From Clostridia bacterium (lineage in GTDB: Bacteria; Bacillota; Clostridia; Oscillospirales; CAG-272), in assembly GCA_017443595.1 (NCBI GenBank), contig JAFSYU010000026.1, positions 1,701 through 25,700 of the forward strand: a stretch of DNA of 24,000 nucleotides, read 5' to 3'. Each line of letters begins with the position of its first letter. Position 1 is the first letter of the stretch. The notes beneath the pieces are model-generated. The model ran no database searches, had not been told where the DNA came from, and saw only the letters and a program-made list of their open reading frames with translations. A program made the position numbers and the translations under genes. Positions 13,200 through 21,158 of this stretch are shown piece after piece.

Positions 13200-15063
13200 C
13201 AGGCAGGAATTTCTTTCATATAAGGAAAAAGTCGCCAAAGCGTACGAAATGCAGCAAAGAAAGATAATCGTCTGCTGCGGTACGGGCTGTGTTGCCGGCG
13301 GATCGCTTGACGTTTACGCCAAGCTCAAAGAGCTTATGGAAGCAGAGGGCATAAACGTTGAGGTCACACTTGAAGAAGAACCGCACAAAAACAACGTAGG
13401 ACTTAAAAAGAGCGGCTGTCACGGCTTCTGCGAAATGGGACCGCTTGTAAGAATTGAGCCGCACGGCTGGCTTTACACAAAGGTCCACGTGGAAGACTGC
13501 GAAGAGATAGTTGAAAAAACGATCAAAAACGGCGAATTCATAGACAGACTCGCCTACAGAATAAACGGACAGATATACAAAGAGCAGGAAGAGATACCGT
13601 TTTACAAAAGACAAAAACGCATAGTCCTTGATCTTTGCGGAAAAATAGACGCGGACTCCATAGGCGAATACATCGCCGTAGGCGGTTACACCGCAGCCGT
13701 AAAAGCGATGTTTGAAATGAACGGCGAGCAGATAGTTGACGAGGTCAAAAAATCCGGTATCCGCGGAAGGGGCGGCGCGGGATTCCCGACCGGAATCAAG
13801 TGGGATACGGTAAGAAAGACCGAATCCGACAAAAAGTACGTCGTCTGCAACGGCGACGAGGGCGACCCCGGCGCGTTCATGGACAGAAGCATCATGGAAG
13901 GCGCTCCCCACAGAGTGCTTGAAGGCATGATAATAGCCGGTATCGCATGCGGCGCCGATGAAGGATACATCTACGTGCGCGCGGAATATCCGCTGGCCGT
14001 CAAGAGACTCAAAAACGCCATCAAACAGGCGGAAGAGCTCGGAATACTCGGCGAGAATATCCTCGACTCCGGTTTCTCATTCAAAATACACATCAACAGA
14101 GGCGCGGGAGCGTTCGTCTGCGGCGAGGAAACGGCGCTTATTAATTCCATAGAAGGACAGCGCGGCTTTCCGAGAGTAAGACCGCCTCTGACCGTCATAA
14201 AAGGACTTTTCGGCAAGCCCACGGTTCCAAACAACGTTGAAACGTACGCAAACATCCCGAACATAATTAACAACGGCGGCGAGTGGTACAGCAGCATAGG
14301 CACGCAGAACAGCCCCGGAACAAAGGCGTTTGCGCTGACCGGCAACATAAACAACACCGGTCTGATAGAAGTTCCCATGGGAACTACGCTCCGCGAGATA
14401 ATATTCGACATAGGCGGAGGAATGAAGAACGGCGGAGAATTCAAAGCCGTGCAGATAGGCGGTCCGTCCGGCGCCTGCCTTACAAAAGAACATCTTGACC
14501 TGCCGCTTGACTTTGACAATCTGAAAAAAGTCGGCGCTATGGTCGGCTCCGGCGGTCTGGTTGTCGTTGACGAACATACCTGCATGGTTGAATTTGCAAG
14601 ATTCTTCATGCACTTCACGCAGAATGAATCGTGCGGCAAATGCGTGCCCTGCCGCGAAGGCACGAAGCGTATGCTCCAGATACTTGAGCGTATAGTGGCG
14701 GGCGAGGGAAGAGACGGAGACATAGAGCTTTTGCTCGAGCTTGCGGACACGATATGCAACACCGCGTTATGCGGTCTCGGCAAAACGGCGCCTAACCCCG
14801 TTATCAGCACAATAAAGAACTTCAGAAGCGAATATGAGGCGCATATTTACGATAAGAAATGCCCGGCGGGAGCGTGCAGCAAGCTCAAGACGATAAAGAT
14901 AGACCCGCAGATCTGCAAAGGCTGCTCCAAGTGCGCGCGCCAGTGCCCCGTAAACGCTATAAGCGGCAAGATAAAAGAGCCGTTTGAAATAGACCTTTCA
15001 AAGTGCATAAGATGCGGAAGCTGCGTATCGGCATGCCCGTTCAAGGCTATCAAGGAGGGATGA
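13189..15063 (+). CDS. hydB: [FeFe]-hydrogenase subunit HydB (NuoF-like NAD(H)/FMN subunit)
   Basis: N-terminal [2Fe-2S] pattern (CCGTGC...CHGFC). FMN/NADH region GRGGAGFPTG and CNGDEGDPGAF. [4Fe-4S] ESCGKCVPCREG. C-terminal 2x[4Fe-4S] CKGCSKCARQCP / CIRCGSCVSACP. Confidence 0.93.
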   Translation: MLTDRQEFLSYKEKVAKAYEMQQRKIIVCCGTGCVAGGSLDVYAKLKELMEAEGINVEVTLEEEPHKNNVGLKKSGCHGFCEMGPLVRIEPHGWLYTKVHVEDCEEIVEKTIKNGEFIDRLAYRINGQIYKEQEEIPFYKRQKRIVLDLCGKIDADSIGEYIAVGGYTAAVKAMFEMNGEQIVDEVKKSGIRGRGGAGFPTGIKWDTVRKTESDKKYVVCNGDEGDPGAFMDRSIMEGAPHRVLEGMIIAGIACGADEGYIYVRAEYPLAVKRLKNAIKQAEELGILGENILDSGFSFKIHINRGAGAFVCGEETALINSIEGQRGFPRVRPPLTVIKGLFGKPTVPNNVETYANIPNIINNGGEWYSSIGTQNSPGTKAFALTGNINNTGLIEVPMGTTLREIIFDIGGGMKNGGEFKAVQIGGPSGACLTKEHLDLPLDFDNLKKVGAMVGSGGLVVVDEHTCMVEFARFFMHFTQNESCGKCVPCREGTKRMLQILERIVAGEGRDGDIELLLELADTICNTALCGLGKTAPNPVISTIKNFRSEYEAHIYDKKCPAGACSKLKTIKIDPQICKGCSKCARQCPVNAISGKIKEPFEIDLSKCIRCGSCVSACPFKAIKEG

Positions 15064-15065
15064 AA

Positions 15066-16769
15066 ATGACACAAAAACAGTATATGACCGTTGACGGGAT
15101 ACCGGTAGAGATCAACGGTGAAAAAAATCTGCTTGAAATAGTCAGAAAGCTCGGCATAAAAATGCCCACGTTCTGCTATCACTCCGAGCTTTCGGTCTAC
15201 GGCGCGTGCCGTATGTGCATGGTAGAAAATGAAAGGGGCGGTCTTGACGCGGCGTGCTCCACTCCTCCGAGACCCGGCATGGAAATAAAGACAAACACGG
15301 AAAGGCTCCGCCGTTACCGCAAGAACATACTTGAGCTGCTTCTGGCAAATCACTGCCGCGACTGCACGACCTGCGAGAGCAACACGCAGTGCAAGCTCCA
15401 GGATCTTGCGATGACTTTCAATATAGAAGGCGTAAGATTCCCGAACAGCGCAAAATCCACCGTAAACGACGACACGTCATCGGTCTGCATAACCCGCGAC
15501 GCCGGAAAATGCATACTCTGCGGCGACTGCGTCAGAATGTGCAACGAAACACAGCACGTCGGCGCCATAGACTTTGCGTTCAGAGGTTCAAAAATGACGA
15601 TAAGCACGGCTTTCGGCAAGCCGATAGCGGAATCGCCCTGCGTAGGCTGCGGCCAGTGCGCGGCGGTCTGCCCCACGGGCGCGATAGTCGTTAAAAACGA
15701 TATGGATAAAGTTTGGGCGGCGCTTGACGATCCCAACGTCAAGACCACGGTGCAGGTAGCTCCGGCGGTCCGCGTGGCGGTCGGCAGAGAGCTCGGCTGC
15801 GGAAGCGGCGAAAACGTCATGGGCAAGATAGTCGCGGCTCTGCGCAGACTCGGCTTCAACGAAATATACGATACTATCCTCGGCGCCGATCTTACGGTAA
15901 TCGAGGAGAGCGAGGAGTTCTTACAGAGAGTCGAATCAGGCGAAAAGCTTCCGCTCATAACCTCCTGCTGCCCCGGCTGGATAAGATTCTGCGAAAAGAA
16001 ATTCCCGGAATTTCTGCCTAACGTTTCGACCTGCCGTTCGCCTATGCAGATGTTCGCCTCGATCTTATACGATCAGGGAAAGAAATCTTCCAAAAAACAG
16101 TTCAACGTCGCCGTAATGCCCTGCACGGCAAAGAAATTTGAGGCGGCGAGAGACGAATTCAAAACAGACGGAGAAAAACACGTTGACGCGGTGCTTACAA
16201 CACAGGAGCTTATCCGCATGATAAAAGAGTCAAACATCGTGTTCAGAGAGCTTGAGCCGGAAGCGGTCGATATGCCTTTCGGAACCATCTCCGGCGCCGG
16301 ACTCATATTCGGCGTGACGGGCGGCGTTACCGAAGCGGTGCTTCGCCGCGTGGTATCGAACAAATCCTACTCCGGACTTATAAGCATTTCACACGCCGGA
16401 CAGCGCGGACGCGACGGAATAAAAGAATTTACGTTCCCGTACGGCGAGACCGAGCTTAAGATAGCCGTTGTAAGCGGGCTCGGCAATGCGGAAGAGATAC
16501 TTAACAGAGTAAAAGCGGGAGAACACTTTGACTTCATTGAGATCATGGCTTGTCCCGGCGGCTGCGTAAGCGGCGGCGGTCAGCCCTTTGCACCGTCACC
16601 CGAACATCGGAAGCGCGATAAGGGCATGTATGAATCCGAAAGACAGCTTTCCATCAGACGTTCCGAAGAAAACCCGGTGATCACAACGCTTTACCGCGAT
16701 ATCATCAAAGGCAAGGTACACGAGCTGCTCCACGTTGATTACGTAAAGGACGGAGGATCAACAAAATGA
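15066..16769 (+). CDS. hydA: Catalytic [FeFe]-hydrogenase subunit HydA (bifurcating-type architecture)
   Basis: AGGAGGG RBS, then ATG at 15066. N-terminal [2Fe-2S] CYHSELSVYGACRMC. FeS clusters CILCGDCVRMC / CVGCGQCAAVCP. All three canonical H-cluster motifs are present: TSCCPGW, MPCTAKKFE, EIMACPGGCVSGGGQP. Confidence 0.93.
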   Translation: MTQKQYMTVDGIPVEINGEKNLLEIVRKLGIKMPTFCYHSELSVYGACRMCMVENERGGLDAACSTPPRPGMEIKTNTERLRRYRKNILELLLANHCRDCTTCESNTQCKLQDLAMTFNIEGVRFPNSAKSTVNDDTSSVCITRDAGKCILCGDCVRMCNETQHVGAIDFAFRGSKMTISTAFGKPIAESPCVGCGQCAAVCPTGAIVVKNDMDKVWAALDDPNVKTTVQVAPAVRVAVGRELGCGSGENVMGKIVAALRRLGFNEIYDTILGADLTVIEESEEFLQRVESGEKLPLITSCCPGWIRFCEKKFPEFLPNVSTCRSPMQMFASILYDQGKKSSKKQFNVAVMPCTAKKFEAARDEFKTDGEKHVDAVLTTQELIRMIKESNIVFRELEPEAVDMPFGTISGAGLIFGVTGGVTEAVLRRVVSNKSYSGLISISHAGQRGRDGIKEFTFPYGETELKIAVVSGLGNAEEILNRVKAGEHFDFIEIMACPGGCVSGGGQPFAPSPEHRKRDKGMYESERQLSIRRSEENPVITTLYRDIIKGKVHELLHVDYVKDGGSTK

Positions 16770-17017
16770 TAACCGTTAAGATATGCGTCGGCACAAACTG
16801 TCACTTAAACGGCGGATACAACGTGATCTCATCTTTTCAGCATATGATAGAGGAATACGATCTTCATGACAAGGTAGTTCTGGAAGCATCCTTCTGCATG
16901 AGAGAATGCTCAAACAGCGGAGCTGCCGTAACGGTGAACGACGTAAAATACAGGGTAGACCCGGAAAGATCAAGACTCTTTTTCAAAGAAAAGGTACTGC
17001 CCCTTACGATCAGCTAA
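16766..17017 (+). CDS. Small thioredoxin-like [2Fe-2S] ferredoxin-domain protein (paralogue 1 of 3)
   Basis: 83 aa. The ATG overlaps the hydA stop (ATGA). C7-x4-C12 ... C44-x3-C48 (CVGTNC...CMREC) is the same spacing as in HydC/NuoE. Confidence 0.75.
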   Translation: MITVKICVGTNCHLNGGYNVISSFQHMIEEYDLHDKVVLEASFCMRECSNSGAAVTVNDVKYRVDPERSRLFFKEKVLPLTIS

Positions 17018-17104
17018 ACACTATATATATTGACAGGCGCGCAGCGGCGGATCCCACCACCTTTCCGCCGCCGCAAAACCGAATAAAATGAGGAGAAATG
17101 TATT

Positions 17105-19804
17105 ATGGATGTCAACAAAAGAGAAGCCGTTGACGGCGTCAGCAAACTTGAAGAAGCTCTGAGCAGAGTCAGAGCCGCACAGAAAAAGTTTTCCGCCTAC
17201 ACGGAAGAACAGGTAGATAGTATATTCAAAGCCGCGGCAACAGCGGCAAACCGGGCCCGTCTTCCGCTTGCCAAGCTTGCGGTAGAAGAAACGGGTATGG
17301 GCGTTGTTGAAGACAAGGTGATCAAAAACAACTACGCCGCCGAGCATATCTATAACGCATACAGGAACGTAAAGACCTGCGGCGTGATCTGGGAAGACAA
17401 ATCATACGGAACAAAGAAAATTGCGGAGCCCGTCGGTATAATCGGCGCGGTCATCCCAACCACGAACCCGACGTCCACGGCTATATTCAAATGCCTTATC
17501 TCGCTTAAAACGAGAAACGGCATAGTCATAAGCCCCCATCCGAGAGCAAAAAGATCGACTATCGAGGCGGCTAAGATTATACTTGACGCCGCGGTCAAAG
17601 CCGGCGCGCCCGAGGGAATAATCGAATGGATAGACGTCCCGTCTCTTGAAATGACCAATCTTCTTATGAAGGAAGCGGATATCATCCTCGCCACCGGCGG
17701 TCCCAGCATGGTAAAAGCCGCGTATTCCTCAGGCAAACCCGCGGTCGGCGTCGGCCCCGGCAACACCCCGGCAATAATAGACGAATCAGCCGATATCCTG
17801 CTTGCCGTAAGCTCCGTCATCCATTCCAAAACGTTTGACAACGGTATGATCTGCGCGTCAGAGCAATCGGTCATAGTACACGATAAAATATATAACAAAG
17901 TAAGAGAAGAATTCGCTTCCAGAGGCTGTTATTTCTTAAAAGGCGACGAAACGGAAAAAGTAAGAAAAACGATCCTTATAAACGGCGCGCTCAACGCCGG
18001 TATAGTAGGCCAGAAGGCGTCAAGGATCGCGGAACTTGCCGGCGTCAAAGTTCCCGAGGGAACAAAGGTGCTTATAGGAGAGGTGGAAAGCGTTGATCCT
18101 TCCGAGGAATTCGCGCACGAAAAACTGTCTCCGGTACTTGCCATGTATCACGCCAAAGACATTCAGGACGCTTTTGCCAAAGCGGAACGTCTTATAGCTG
18201 ACGGCGGCTACGGCCACACCTCTTCCATATATCTTGACACAACAAAGGCTCAGGACGTTTTGGACGAATTTTCAAGCCGTATGAAGACCTGCCGCATACT
18301 CGTGAACACCCCGTCTTCTCAGGGCGGCATAGGCGACCTTTACAACTTCAAGCTCGCTCCCTCGCTCACGCTCGGCTGCGGCTCATGGGGCGGCAACAGC
18401 GTATCCGAAAACGTCGGAGTAAAACACCTGCTCAACATAAAAACAGTTGCCGAAAGGAGAGAAAACATGCTTTGGTTCCGCGCACCCGAAAAGGTATATA
18501 TAAAAAAAGGCTGTCTGCCCGTTGCGCTTGACGAGCTGAAGACGGTCATGAACAAAAAGAAAGCGTTCATAGTGACCGACAGCTTCTTGTATTCGCACGG
18601 CTGCACGAAGCCGATAACGGATAAGCTTGATGAAATGGGAATCGAACATTCCGTATTCTTCAACGTCGCTCCCGATCCCACTCTCGCCTGCGCAAAAGAA
18701 GGCGCGGCTCAGATGGCGGCGTTCCGGCCGGACTGCATAATCGCGCTCGGCGGCGGCTCCGCAATGGACGCGGGCAAGATCATGTGGGTGATGTACGAAC
18801 ATCCCGACGTGGACTTCATGGATATGGCCATGCGCTTTATCGATATCAGAAAAAGAGTTTACACGTTCCCGAAAATGGGTGAAAAAGCGTATTTCGTAGC
18901 TATCCCGACCTCAGCCGGCACAGGCTCCGAGGTAACGCCTTTCGCGGTCATTACCGACGAGCAGAGCGGCGTAAAATATCCGCTTGCAGACTATCAGCTC
19001 ATGCCGAACATGGCTATAATAGATACGGATTTCCATATGACAGCTCCTAAAGGACTTACGGCGGCGTCCGGTATAGACGCGGTAAGCCACGCGCTTGAAG
19101 CGTACGCTTCCGTTATGGCTACCGATTACACGGACGGACTTGCAAAACAGGCGCTGCAGACGATATTCAAATATCTGCCGAGAGCTTACGAAAACGGACT
19201 TACCGACGTTGAAGCGCGTGAAAAAATGGCAAACGCGGCAACTATGGCGGGTATGGCGTTTGCAAACGCTTTCTTAGGCGTTTGCCACTCCATGGCTCAC
19301 AAGCTCGGCGCTTTCCATCACATCCCGCACGGCGTTGCAAACGCTCTCATGCTTGAAGAGGTGCTGAGATACAACTCCGCTGAAGCTCCCGTAAAAATGG
19401 GCACTTTCTCACAGTACGCATATCCGCATACGCTCAGAAGATACGCGGAAGTCGCGGAAAGCCTCGGTCTTTCCGGCGCGGACGATAAGGAAAAACTTGA
19501 AAGCCTTATAAAAGCGATCAACGATCTTAAAGCCGTCGTCGGCATCAAACCTACGATAAGAGATTACGTACCGGACGAAAAAGACTTCCTTGACAGACTT
19601 GACGCCATGGTAGAGCAGGCGTTTGACGATCAGTGCACCGGCGCAAACCCTAGATATCCGCTTATGAGCGAGATAAAGCAGATGTATCTTAACGCATATT
19701 ACGGCAAACACTTTACGGAGCCGCAGATGCCCAAGACGTCCGCTTCGGAATTGACAAGCGATCCTCACGATTTCAAACGCGTCTACAGCAAAGCTAAAAT
19801 ATAA
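17105..19804 (+). CDS. adhE: Bifunctional acetaldehyde-CoA / alcohol dehydrogenase
   Basis: 899 aa with an AGGAG RBS. ALDH half carries the catalytic Cys motif FDNGMICASEQS. Fe-ADH half has GGGSAMDAGK and the metal ligands CHSMAHKLGAFHHIPHG. Confidence 0.94.
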   Translation: MDVNKREAVDGVSKLEEALSRVRAAQKKFSAYTEEQVDSIFKAAATAANRARLPLAKLAVEETGMGVVEDKVIKNNYAAEHIYNAYRNVKTCGVIWEDKSYGTKKIAEPVGIIGAVIPTTNPTSTAIFKCLISLKTRNGIVISPHPRAKRSTIEAAKIILDAAVKAGAPEGIIEWIDVPSLEMTNLLMKEADIILATGGPSMVKAAYSSGKPAVGVGPGNTPAIIDESADILLAVSSVIHSKTFDNGMICASEQSVIVHDKIYNKVREEFASRGCYFLKGDETEKVRKTILINGALNAGIVGQKASRIAELAGVKVPEGTKVLIGEVESVDPSEEFAHEKLSPVLAMYHAKDIQDAFAKAERLIADGGYGHTSSIYLDTTKAQDVLDEFSSRMKTCRILVNTPSSQGGIGDLYNFKLAPSLTLGCGSWGGNSVSENVGVKHLLNIKTVAERRENMLWFRAPEKVYIKKGCLPVALDELKTVMNKKKAFIVTDSFLYSHGCTKPITDKLDEMGIEHSVFFNVAPDPTLACAKEGAAQMAAFRPDCIIALGGGSAMDAGKIMWVMYEHPDVDFMDMAMRFIDIRKRVYTFPKMGEKAYFVAIPTSAGTGSEVTPFAVITDEQSGVKYPLADYQLMPNMAIIDTDFHMTAPKGLTAASGIDAVSHALEAYASVMATDYTDGLAKQALQTIFKYLPRAYENGLTDVEAREKMANAATMAGMAFANAFLGVCHSMAHKLGAFHHIPHGVANALMLEEVLRYNSAEAPVKMGTFSQYAYPHTLRRYAEVAESLGLSGADDKEKLESLIKAINDLKAVVGIKPTIRDYVPDEKDFLDRLDAMVEQAFDDQCTGANPRYPLMSEIKQMYLNAYYGKHFTEPQMPKTSASELTSDPHDFKRVYSKAKI

Positions 19805-19822
19805 TACAGCGGGGTGATAGAT

Positions 19823-20572
19823 ATGAAGTTTGACAGAATGATAGCGGTAAGAAACAACAAAACCGTTTACAGAAGCGGAGATCTCTGCTACAAAGTATTT
19901 GACGACACATTTTCCAAAGCAAATATTTTAAACGAAGCTCTCAACCAGGCGAGAGTCGAAGAGACCGGACTTAAAATACCGAAGCTCCGCGAGGTCGGTA
20001 TAATAGACGGCAAATGGGCTATCGTTTACGAGTTCGTTGAAGGCAAAACACTTTCTCAGCTCATCACCGAGGACCCCGAAAACAAAAGCAAATATCTGCA
20101 CCGTCTTGTTGACGTACAGACGGAGATCAACTCAAAGACCTGCCCGCTTTTAACAAAGCATACGGACAAAATGAAGCGCAAAATTGCGGAAACCGATTTT
20201 GACGAGACGACGAAATATGAGTTGAACGTCAGACTTGAATCCATGCCTAAGCACAATAAACTGCTGCACGGAGATCTTACGCCGTCCAACGTCATAATCA
20301 CGCCGGCAGACGAGGCTTTCATAATCGACTGGTCGCACGCCACGCAGGGCAACGCGTCCGCGGACGCCGCAAGAACGTATCTCACCTTCTGGCTCAAGGG
20401 CGATATAGAAGGCGCGGAAGAATATCTTGATATATTCTGCGAGAAGAGCAATACGCCGAAAAAATACGTTCAGAAATGGATGTCTATAGTAGCGGCTTCA
20501 CAGAGCGTAAAGGGCAGCGAGAAGGAAGCGGAATTCTTAAAGAACTGGGTAAACGTTGCCGAGTATCAATAA
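19823..20572 (+). CDS. Kinase-fold phosphotransferase (APH / choline-kinase / Bud32-like), putative Ser/Thr kinase of the sensory module
   Basis: Starts 19 nt after the adhE stop (or GTG at 19814). Catalytic loop LLHGDLTPSNVII (Asp at 20273-20275), metal-binding FIIDWSHA, candidate ATP Lys in LCYKVF. No Gly-rich GxGxxG loop. Confidence 0.7.
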   Translation: MKFDRMIAVRNNKTVYRSGDLCYKVFDDTFSKANILNEALNQARVEETGLKIPKLREVGIIDGKWAIVYEFVEGKTLSQLITEDPENKSKYLHRLVDVQTEINSKTCPLLTKHTDKMKRKIAETDFDETTKYELNVRLESMPKHNKLLHGDLTPSNVIITPADEAFIIDWSHATQGNASADAARTYLTFWLKGDIEGAEEYLDIFCEKSNTPKKYVQKWMSIVAASQSVKGSEKEAEFLKNWVNVAEYQ

Positions 20573-20582
20573 GGAGTTTTGT

Positions 20583-20825
20583 ATGAAGGTAGTTGTTTGC
20601 ATAGGTTCCTCATGCTATATAAAAGGCTCCGGAAAGGTAGTCGATTATCTGCAGTATAAGATAAAACAGGACGGCGTGGGGAACAAGGTGGAACTTTCCG
20701 GTACTTTCTGCACCGGACAATGTCAGAAGGGCATTTGCGTATCGGTTGACGGCAAGCTTTATTCCGTATCGGTCGACAACGTGGAAGAATTCTACGAGGA
20801 AGAAATAAAAGCGAAACTCAAATAG
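20583..20825 (+). CDS. Small thioredoxin-like [2Fe-2S] ferredoxin-domain protein (paralogue 2 of 3)
   Basis: AAGGAG RBS 6 nt before the ATG at 20583 (the track start at 20556 lies inside the kinase gene). 80 aa, with CIGSSC...CTGQC. Confidence 0.75.
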   Translation: MKVVVCIGSSCYIKGSGKVVDYLQYKIKQDGVGNKVELSGTFCTGQCQKGICVSVDGKLYSVSVDNVEEFYEEEIKAKLK

Positions 20826-20831
20826 ATCGAT

Positions 20832-20862
20832 AATGCCCGTAAATTTCCCGTTTACGGGCATT
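20832..20862 (+). terminator. Strong hairpin with a weak U-tract (possible attenuator or partial terminator)
   Basis: Perfect 12-bp stem AATGCCCGTAAA / TTTACGGGCATT with a 7-nt loop, followed only by ATTGTG. Confidence 0.4.
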
Positions 20863-20887
20863 ATTGTGAAAATAAAGGAAAAAGATC

Positions 20888-21157
20888 ATGTTATATGTAA
20901 AAATCTGCATAGGCAGTTCCTGTTACGTTAAAGGCTCACAGACTTTGATAGAAAAATTTCAGGAAAAAATGAAAGAATACGGGTGTGAGAAGGAAATAGA
21001 TTTCGTAGGCAGCTTCTGCACCGGAAAATGCAACCGGGTCGGAGTTACCTTTACGGTAGGAAATGAAATTTATACCGGTATAACAACGGATAATTTCAAC
21101 GAGTTCTTTACAAATACCGTCCTGCCGGCGCTGAAAAAATCAAAACAGGAGGCGTAA
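20888..21157 (+). CDS. Small thioredoxin-like [2Fe-2S] ferredoxin-domain protein (paralogue 3 of 3)
   Basis: 89 aa, with CIGSSC...CTGKC. Its stop lies 1 nt before the hydS start. Confidence 0.75.
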   Translation: MLYVKICIGSSCYVKGSQTLIEKFQEKMKEYGCEKEIDFVGSFCTGKCNRVGVTFTVGNEIYTGITTDNFNEFFTNTVLPALKKSKQEA

Positions 21158-21158
21158 A

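Noticed and set aside
13216-14810. Long minus-strand ORFs (231, 279 and 178 aa) inside hydB
   Set aside because: They are antisense to a gene carrying textbook NuoF motifs. The translations are Ser/Pro/Arg-rich with no recognisable motif. They are shadow ORFs produced by the codon bias of the sense gene.
15350-15958. 202-aa minus-strand ORF inside hydA
   Set aside because: Antisense to hydA (FeS-cluster and H-domain region). Low-complexity Ser/Thr/Ala/Pro translation with no RBS.
17044-17074. Intrinsic terminator between the small Fd gene and adhE
   Set aside because: The stem is GC-rich, but no U-tract follows on either strand. I kept it only as a possible processing or attenuation element.
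17350-17898. 182-aa minus-strand ORF inside adhE
   Set aside because: Antisense to the ALDH domain of adhE, with no independent support.
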